NCBI GenBank assembly: GCA_965219535.1 | Contig: CBDCNV010000002.1 | Span: 1,650,001-1,682,000, forward strand | Reading direction: 5' to 3' | Origin: Opitutales bacterium | GTDB lineage: Bacteria > Verrucomicrobiota > Verrucomicrobiia > Opitutales > PNEW01 | DNA length: 32,000 bases | Shown here: piece after piece, positions 26,498 through 32,000 of the stretch | Layout: each line of letters begins with the position of its first letter | How positions within the stretch are numbered: the first letter of the stretch is position 1 | The notes under the pieces: model-generated | Databases searched by the model: none | Seen by the model: the letters and a program-made list of their open reading frames with translations, nothing else | What the model was told of the DNA's origin: nothing | Program-made: the position numbers and the translations under genes

Positions 26498-28159
26498 TTA
26501 CGGATCTGATTGCGACTGCAGTGCCAGTCTTTCTAATGCTTTAAGATCGAGCTTGCCGGATGCTAGACAGGGGATGCTATCTACTCTTAATATTTTACGG
26601 GGGATCCAAAGATTCGGTAATTTTGCGGAACTCATACGTTCACGCAGTGAATCTCTATCGATCTCGATCGTAGTTAAAAGGACAAGACTTTCACCTTTTA
26701 CTTCATCAATAGTCCCTGTAATGGCAACAACAAGAGTGTCACTATCTTCGTATCCATAAGCTTCAATAATGCGTTGCTCTACGAACCCATGGGGAACCAT
26801 CTCCCCCCCGATTTTTGAGAAACGAGAAAGGCGTCCTTCTATATAGAGAAAACCATCCTCATCAAAACGCGCGAGGTCACCAGTGACAAACCACTTATCA
26901 GAGAAGACTGATGCTGTGTTCTTAATGTCATCAAGGTAACCGGGGAAAATGTTGGGTCCCTGCAAGTGCAAGACTCCGGTATCGTAAGGGGATACAATAT
27001 CACCTGATTCAGTGTCAGCGATGCGCCCTTTCATTCCAGGGAAAAGGCGTCCGACAGATCCCACTCGTGTTCCAGGCAGGGAATTACCAAATGTATTTTG
27101 ATAATTTTCATCTGGAACATTAACGCTTACGACTGGAGCTGTTTCAGTCAGACCGTAGCCCTCAAGATAAAAGCTGCCAAATTTTTCCTCCCATTTTTTC
27201 TTAAAATCAGGGGGTGTTTTTTCAGCTCCTCCAATAACCATGACCAGACTTTTCAGGAGGTCCGGATTCACCGTTTTATAATAGGGACGGAAGAAAGTGG
27301 GGGTTCCCAAAAGAACGGTGACTTGCTCTTCATTAATGGCCTTGGCAATTCGCTTAATCTCGAGGGGAGAAGGCAAGGTAACAATGCGCAGGTTGGTGAT
27401 CATCGGAAACCAGACCGTAACGGTGAATCCAAAACTATGAAAGATTGGCAGGCAGGCCATTAGTATTTCATTTTCACTAAAAAGGCCGCAATGCGAAATC
27501 TGCAAACAGTTACTGATGATATTACGGTGAGTGAGAATTACCCCTTTGGGCTCTCCCGTGCTCCCGCTGCTGAAGAGAAGAGCGGCTTCTTCTTCACCCC
27601 CTTCCATCGGTATGTCCAGAATGCGGGTCAGCCAACGGGTCGGGAGTAAATAGAGAGCGACCAAACAACAAATGATTGCCAGTTTTGAAACCGTTTTCAG
27701 TTCCAACACCAGGTCACGGGTGTCTTCCAACCAGGGAAAATCAGGTATCCTTTCTATCACCGCTTTAGCCGTTATTATTGTTTCGATATTAGCTTTACGG
27801 ATACAGGATTCATTAACCCGTCGCCCAACAGTAAAATTCAGATTAACTGGAATCTTCCCACTGAGAACGAGAGCGAGGTTAGTAATGATCGCACCTATAC
27901 CAGGGGGTAAAACAATGCCGACACGTTTACCCGGGATTTTATCCTTCCATATGCGTGATAAGACAACGGATACCGCTAGTAATTTACCGGCTGAAAACTC
28001 ACGGCGCTGTTCGCTTGTACGGTCGATTATCAGTTTCCTTCCCAAATTACGCTTAAGAGAACGAAAACAAATATTGCCTAGATGCTCATTGAGTTCGGGC
28101 ATTTTCTGATAGGCATCCGTATCGCGATCAATCGTAAATATATCTCTCTTAATTTGCAT
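26498..28159 (-). CDS. AMP-dependent synthetase/ligase (acyl-CoA/acyl-ACP synthetase, Aas C-terminal-domain-like)
   Basis: AMP-binding motif LLFSSGSTGEPKGVILTHRN, plus GYGLTETAP and WFVTGDLARFDEDGFLYIEGRLSRFSKIGGEMV. Confidence 0.85.
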   Translation of the reverse strand: MQIKRDIFTIDRDTDAYQKMPELNEHLGNICFRSLKRNLGRKLIIDRTSEQRREFSAGKLLAVSVVLSRIWKDKIPGKRVGIVLPPGIGAIITNLALVLSGKIPVNLNFTVGRRVNESCIRKANIETIITAKAVIERIPDFPWLEDTRDLVLELKTVSKLAIICCLVALYLLPTRWLTRILDIPMEGGEEEAALLFSSGSTGEPKGVILTHRNIISNCLQISHCGLFSENEILMACLPIFHSFGFTVTVWFPMITNLRIVTLPSPLEIKRIAKAINEEQVTVLLGTPTFFRPYYKTVNPDLLKSLVMVIGGAEKTPPDFKKKWEEKFGSFYLEGYGLTETAPVVSVNVPDENYQNTFGNSLPGTRVGSVGRLFPGMKGRIADTESGDIVSPYDTGVLHLQGPNIFPGYLDDIKNTASVFSDKWFVTGDLARFDEDGFLYIEGRLSRFSKIGGEMVPHGFVEQRIIEAYGYEDSDTLVVAITGTIDEVKGESLVLLTTIEIDRDSLRERMSSAKLPNLWIPRKILRVDSIPCLASGKLDLKALERLALQSQSDP

Positions 28160-28684
28160 AATAAATTAATTCCATTCTTTGAATTAGGTCATAGCAAACC
28201 AAAGTGCCTGATACGATTTAAGCGCGAGTAGCCTGTGCAGGCCTGAATTTACACCATGATTAGTGTTAAGATCACGACAGTTCTGAGCTATAGCCATCAT
28301 AGTGCGAATTTCGGAAAAATTAATAATAGTTTTATCGGCTCGATTATTAGGGTTAAATTTCAAGGGTAAGTCCAGTTGCGGACTATTTTAAATGCTGTTT
28401 TTCGATTAAAAAAAGGAAGTTGATAATTAATATTTTAAACAGTACTCTTTATAAATTAAATCATTTGCTAACATATTGCCGCAAATATCATAGATGAGAT
28501 TGATAAATTATAAAAGGGGGATGGCATCACACTAAACTTAATCAGCAATTATCTCATTCGGTTATTTGCTTGGAGTGGAGCGTGGTTCACACCCTAAGAA
28601 TTAATTTATCTTCAGTCTTCATGCAGCTTTCAATTGTGAGTTTTTATTTCGGTCGTTAAACCCCATTTATTCTCCACTTTGTAA

Positions 28685-29119
28685 ATGAATACGAAAATAT
28701 ACATAATCGAAGATGAGGAGGTTGTGCAACAGTCACTTATTGAAATTATCAACATGGATTTTGAGGACTGTAAAGTAGTCGGTTCAAACATTAACGGTGA
28801 AATCGGTTTAAAAGAATGTATTAAGATTAAACCTGACCTTGCGATAGTTGATATACTATTACCCGATGTAAACGGATTAGAAATATTGCATATACTTAAG
28901 AAAAAGAATCCTGATATAAAAATCTTGATTTTCTCGGCGATTCTAGACTTACGCACGATGAAGCATGCTTATCATGGGAAGGCTGATGGCATACTTGAAA
29001 AACCAGGGTCGGTTAAAGAAATCAGATCTGCGATTAAAACCGTATTGTCGGGAGAAAATTATTATAGCCTGCATGTGATGAAGAATTTATTAGCCCACGA
29101 AACCGTCGCCCCTTTTTGA
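28685..29119 (+). CDS. Stand-alone response-regulator receiver (REC) domain protein, NarL/FixJ-like REC without an HTH
   Basis: KIYIIEDEEVV (acidic pocket), LAIVDILLPDVNG (phospho-acceptor Asp), ILIFSA and the conserved Lys (EKPG). The protein ends about 25 aa after the REC domain, where LuxR-type regulators begin their HTH. Confidence 0.85.
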   Translation: MNTKIYIIEDEEVVQQSLIEIINMDFEDCKVVGSNINGEIGLKECIKIKPDLAIVDILLPDVNGLEILHILKKKNPDIKILIFSAILDLRTMKHAYHGKADGILEKPGSVKEIRSAIKTVLSGENYYSLHVMKNLLAHETVAPF

Positions 29120-29162
29120 TCAAATAAATCGTAAATCCCTTTTTTACGTAATAATAATACAC

Positions 29163-29184
29163 AATTAGTAATAACAGGCTTGAC
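29163..29184 (+). repeat. Left terminal inverted repeat core AATTAGTAATAACAGGCTTGAC
   Basis: Reverse complement of 30468-30489 with 2 mismatches. Confidence 0.8.
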
Positions 29185-29208
29185 AAAACAGGTTGATCAG
29201 GATATACT
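29180..29208 (+). promoter_or_regulatory. Predicted sigma70-type transposase promoter, TTGACA-17 nt-TATACT, partly inside the left IR
   Basis: TTGACA at 29180-29185 and TATACT at 29203-29208. The spacer contains GATC. Prediction rests on the consensus only; promoter rules in this phylum are uncertain. Confidence 0.4.
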
Positions 29209-29209
29209 T

Positions 29210-30112
29210 ATGGAAAACAAAGCCATAAAAATGAACCTAATATCCGTATTCAGAAAGTATCCTGATCAACAATCCTGTATCGACCACCTGGAAGCTATCA
29301 GGTGGGAGGACAACCCTAGCTGTCCTTATTGTGAAAGCAATCATGTTGCCCGGAAAAAGGAAAATGATAAAATCGGTCGTTGGAACTGTCACGATTGCAA
29401 TAACAGTTTCAATGTCTTGAAAGGCACTATTTTTCAGGGGACTCAAATTCCACTGCAAAAGTGGTTCCTGGGCATTGCCTTGATGGTCAATGCAAAAAAA
29501 AGCCTGTCAAGCTGTCAGCTGTCCCGTGATCTGGAATTAAACCAGAAATCAAGCTGGTCCATGCAACAGCGTATTCGCGCTGGTATGGCAAGCAGAGAAA
29601 AACACTTCCTTAAAGGCGTGGTGGAAATGGATGAAACCTATGTCGGAGGCAAGCCCCGCCGTAATAAAGATGATGATGATCCGCCAAAGCGGGGACGTGG
29701 GACAAAGAAGATTCCGGTCGTCGGGGCAGTGGAACGTGGCGGGAAGGTTATTGCCCGCGTTGTAGATGACTTGAGCAGGTTTGGTATTCTGCGATTTGTT
29801 CATGGGACAACCGATATAGACGAGACTCTTCTGATTACCGATGAGTCCCCATCTTATAAAATACTCGATCACCTTATGGCGCGTGTAAGCATCAACCACG
29901 GCGAAAAGTATGTTGAAGGAGATGTCTATACTAACACAATTGAAGGCTTTTGGTCACATTTAAAGCGGGCCTGGTTTGGCCAGCACCATCACTATTCAAA
30001 GTCTTACATGCCATTATACATTGCCGAGGCATGCTGGAAGTATAACCACAGGGAGCGTTCTGACGGATTCAGTGCGTTTCTTAATTCAACAATGGTAACT
30101 AACAATACTTAA
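29210..30112 (+). CDS. IS1595-family (ISXO2-like) DDE transposase
   Basis: N-terminal zinc ribbon FRKYPDQQSCIDHLEAIRWEDNPSCPYCESNHV...WNCHDCNNSFNVLKGTIFQGTQIPLQKWF. DDE core VEMDETYVGGK ... LITDESPSY ... NTIEGFWSHLKR. The start may be ATG 29210 or ATG 29231; the ORF track uses TTG 29180. Confidence 0.9.
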   Translation: MENKAIKMNLISVFRKYPDQQSCIDHLEAIRWEDNPSCPYCESNHVARKKENDKIGRWNCHDCNNSFNVLKGTIFQGTQIPLQKWFLGIALMVNAKKSLSSCQLSRDLELNQKSSWSMQQRIRAGMASREKHFLKGVVEMDETYVGGKPRRNKDDDDPPKRGRGTKKIPVVGAVERGGKVIARVVDDLSRFGILRFVHGTTDIDETLLITDESPSYKILDHLMARVSINHGEKYVEGDVYTNTIEGFWSHLKRAWFGQHHHYSKSYMPLYIAEACWKYNHRERSDGFSAFLNSTMVTNNT

Positions 30113-30114
30113 TA

Positions 30115-30306
30115 ATGAAAAAAAACGATTATACTGATATTAACGATGTATACGACGAAATTGTCGATAAGGTCTCAAAGCGTGTTAATCGTGCGATGAA
30201 TAAGCATCCTCAATTGCACCAGCCCATAGCGACTCAATTTCGTCGTATACATCGTCGACTGGAATATCTTGAAAATCTTCTAAAACAAGAGAAACATCCT
30301 CTTTAA
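30115..30306 (+). CDS. Hypothetical 63-aa basic ORF inside the IS tail
   Basis: The ATG lies 2 nt after the transposase stop. No recognisable family. It overlaps the 82-aa ORF on the opposite strand antisense, so at most one of the two may be real. Confidence 0.25.
   Translation: MKKNDYTDINDVYDEIVDKVSKRVNRAMNKHPQLHQPIATQFRRIHRRLEYLENLLKQEKHPL
30143..30255. repeat. 21-bp perfect inverted repeat ACGATGTATACGACGAAATTG (30143-30163) / CAATTTCGTCGTATACATCGT (30235-30255), 71-nt spacer
   Basis: Verified base by base. The flanking bases do not extend the pairing. Confidence 0.9.
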
Positions 30307-30433
30307 ACATTCGATATTCCTCTAAGGCTTGATCCTTTGGAGAAAACATTTTTAGCCTTACAGTTATTTCGTGCCTGAGCATAATCCGTAATGATAAAAT
30401 CCGAATTAACGCTTTTCTCTCAAATTCACTCAT
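30185..30433 (-). CDS. Hypothetical 82-aa acidic ORF reading inward from the right IS end
   Basis: The ATG at 30433 is preceded by AGGA (GTAGGATTAATG). The right IR carries an inward-facing TTGAC, mirroring the left end. No family recognised. Confidence 0.3.
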   Translation of the reverse strand: MSEFERKALIRILSLRIMLRHEITVRLKMFSPKDQALEEYRMFKEDVSLVLEDFQDIPVDDVYDEIESLWAGAIEDAYSSHD

Positions 30434-30467
30434 TAATCCTACTTATAAATGAGTTTATATTTAATCA

Positions 30468-30489
30468 GTCAAGCCATTTATTACTAATT
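30468..30489 (-). repeat. Right terminal inverted repeat core (GTCAAGCCATTTATTACTAATT on the + strand)
   Basis: Reverse complement matches 29163-29184 at 20/22 positions. Confidence 0.8.
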
Positions 30490-30985
30490 ACTTAATAATA
30501 ACGTTCTACCTGGGTGTAGTGTCGCTGTTTTTTTAATCAATGTCCGGACAAAAATGATTCTGGACTGATCAGGATATGAGTGAATAAGGGTGATTATTCC
30601 ATGCTTCTCAGCGCGATGCACAGCGAGTTTGAACGGTCGGGAAGTCTTGATCGTAGAGAGGTTAACAGATTGATACCTTTGTTTCCATAAAACCTGTTTT
30701 AGACATCATTCCAATCCTCAGTCTTAATAGCCTGAGAGTTTAATGGAAATAGCTGAATATCAGATTAATGGGGGTTTTCCCTATGTGATCTGACGGGCAA
30801 ACCAGCACATATGTTGTTGGATCGGTAAATAAGGCGCTATTTTCGGTGATAGATCCATTATTTGCGAGTAAGTGTAAAAAGACTGTAAAAGTGTATACCC
30901 TATAAAATGTATAGGTATTATACACTAGACTTACTATGATAAATGCTTATTATCTAATGGTTATTACAACCTGATTATTAAGCGT

Positions 30986-31426
30986 TTGAATATAAAACAG
31001 TCATTTCAGTTTCAGAAAAGGGGGGCCAATGCTTTTTCCCTTGTTGAAGTCATTATGAGTTCGGCCATTTTCGGTTTGATCTTTGCATCGGTTGCAACCG
31101 CGCTGACGCAGGGATATACGATCATTGAAAATGCGCGTGACAACGCGCATATCAATCAGATTTTGCAATGCGACGTAGAAAATATTCGCTCGATGAACTG
31201 GGAAGAGTTGAACGCTATGCCGGATTGGGAGCACATCCAACAACAGGCAGGATTTTCGACTTCAATCAGCGATCGTTATGTATGCGAGAGGTTCATTAAT
31301 GAACGCAGAGTTGGGCAAAAAGAAATCATCTTAACGATTACTTGGATGGATAGAAGACAGACAAGTCACTTTCGTAAATTCGTCACTTACTACACCAAAG
31401 AGGGAATGTATGATTACCAATACTGA
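30986..31426 (+). CDS. Prepilin-type N-terminal cleavage/methylation domain protein (type II secretion/type IV pilus pseudopilin-like)
   Basis: N-terminus ...KRGANAFSLVEVIMSSAIFGLIFASV has the class III signal-peptide pattern (Glu at +5, hydrophobic helix). TTG start per the ORF track. Confidence 0.8.
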   Translation: MNIKQSFQFQKRGANAFSLVEVIMSSAIFGLIFASVATALTQGYTIIENARDNAHINQILQCDVENIRSMNWEELNAMPDWEHIQQQAGFSTSISDRYVCERFINERRVGQKEIILTITWMDRRQTSHFRKFVTYYTKEGMYDYQY

Positions 31427-31949
31427 ATACTTTCAAGAGCGTAAGCGACAGCGATCCCTGGCTTTTACCCTCGTTGAGCTCATGGTCGCGTTATCTATTT
31501 TTATAATCCTCACAGCGATTCTCACTACGAGCTTTATCCTATTTTTAAAAAGCACCGTGATCATGAGAAATTACGCAGACATGACGGTACAAAGCCAACA
31601 ATTTTTAGAAAATATCGGCTATGAAATGCGGATCGCGGAGGGAGTGCGAACCGCATCCAATAATCAATTGAGCATTGATATACCGACCGCAAGCGGGCTC
31701 GAGACAGTTGAATATACATACAACCCGAATGATCAGCGTGTTACCCGCGAGCAAGATACGGTCCTGCGACCAGTGCTTAGCAACGTAATGGAATTCAATT
31801 TTAGATATTTCAACTTTGATGGAGAATTGACCACTTCGCAACCGGAGATAAAGGAGGTTCAAATAGAAGCCAGTATGGTGAAAAAAGTTCTATTTTTAGA
31901 AAACACTAATCACTTAATTTCATCGCGAAATATGATGCGCAATTTGTAA
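31410..31949 (+). CDS. Prepilin-type N-terminal cleavage/methylation domain protein (GspJ/PulJ-like pseudopilin)
   Basis: RSLAFTLVELMVALSIFIILTAIL is the canonical prepilin motif. It overlaps the preceding pseudopilin gene by 17 nt, which suggests an operon. Confidence 0.8.
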   Translation: MITNTEYFQERKRQRSLAFTLVELMVALSIFIILTAILTTSFILFLKSTVIMRNYADMTVQSQQFLENIGYEMRIAEGVRTASNNQLSIDIPTASGLETVEYTYNPNDQRVTREQDTVLRPVLSNVMEFNFRYFNFDGELTTSQPEIKEVQIEASMVKKVLFLENTNHLISSRNMMRNL

Positions 31950-32000
31950 ATGCATAAAAAAAATCATAGTTTAATAGAGCAATTGAACCAAGATCGCGGC
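31950..32000 (+). CDS. Start of a further ORF in the pseudopilin operon (3'-truncated by window edge)
   Basis: The ATG directly abuts the previous stop (TAAATG). Only 17 codons are visible (MHKKNHSLIEQLNQDRG), so no family call is possible. Confidence 0.3.
   Translation, partial: MHKKNHSLIEQLNQDRG

Larger units (their letters stand above)
29146..30504 (+). mobile_element. IS1595-family insertion sequence (about 1.34-1.36 kb) with a non-transposase tail
   Basis: The transposase ORF is bounded by inverted repeats with a 22-bp core (20/22 identical) at 29163-29184 and 30468-30489. Either the weaker symmetry extends out to ACGT at 29146 and 30504, or a 9-bp direct repeat TAATAATAA (29149-29157 and 30493-30501) is the target-site duplication. 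In the second case the ends lie near 29158 and 30492. Confidence 0.8.

Noticed and set aside
28685-30600. Idea that the IS insertion truncated a NarL-type regulator and that the missing LuxR HTH lies beyond the IS.
   Set aside because: The REC ORF stops 27-39 bp before the IS boundary. All three forward frames after the IS (30505 onward) hit stops within about 20 codons. No LTxRExEVL/HTH-like peptide is encoded there.
30775-30835. GGGCAAACC string upstream of the pseudopilin genes, reminiscent of the c-di-GMP-I (GEMM-I) riboswitch core.
   Set aside because: The partner elements (GNRA hairpin followed by ACGCAAAGC, and the second stem) are absent. The single short match is likely fortuitous.

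Overview
This is a 32-kb chromosomal segment, most likely from a PVC-superphylum bacterium (Verrucomicrobiota/Lentisphaerota-like). That placement is an inference from the prepilin-type pseudopilin genes, the Gfo/Idh/MocA oxidoreductase, the ECF sigma + anti-sigma-vWA pair, the Aas-like ligase and a double-length UvrA. There are about 27 protein-coding genes, mostly housekeeping: enolase, a 1901-aa tandem-fused UvrA, a TetR regulator, a SAM methyltransferase, truA, ruvX, mannose-1-P guanylyltransferase, MoeB-rhodanese, rmuC, Smr, Hsp20, a holA-like gene, ECF sigma/anti-sigma-vWA, an amidohydrolase and an AMP-ligase. Two patches look accessory. (i) 0.76-4.5 kb holds two unrelated class-III-cyclase-fold genes (a compact 296-aa cyclase with an unassigned N-terminal domain, and a DUF3095-like protein), a small 2-TM ORF and a YHS-domain protein. 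(ii) 28.2-31.0 kb is visibly AT-rich. It holds an orphan receiver-only response regulator and an apparently intact IS1595-family element. The IS carries an extra ~355-bp tail with a 21-bp perfect inverted repeat and two antisense-overlapping small ORFs. A pseudopilin operon follows. No rRNA, tRNA or CRISPR array was recognised. The most unusual sequence-level signal is a family of strictly periodic 7-mer (ATTGCGG-like) and 8-mer (CCGGAAAG, AGTCAAAA, GCGAAAAT) arrays. They sit immediately after stop codons or in front of enolase, and I cannot assign them to a known element class. I see no complete known defence system. All functional readings of the unusual items are hypotheses that need database searches or experiments.
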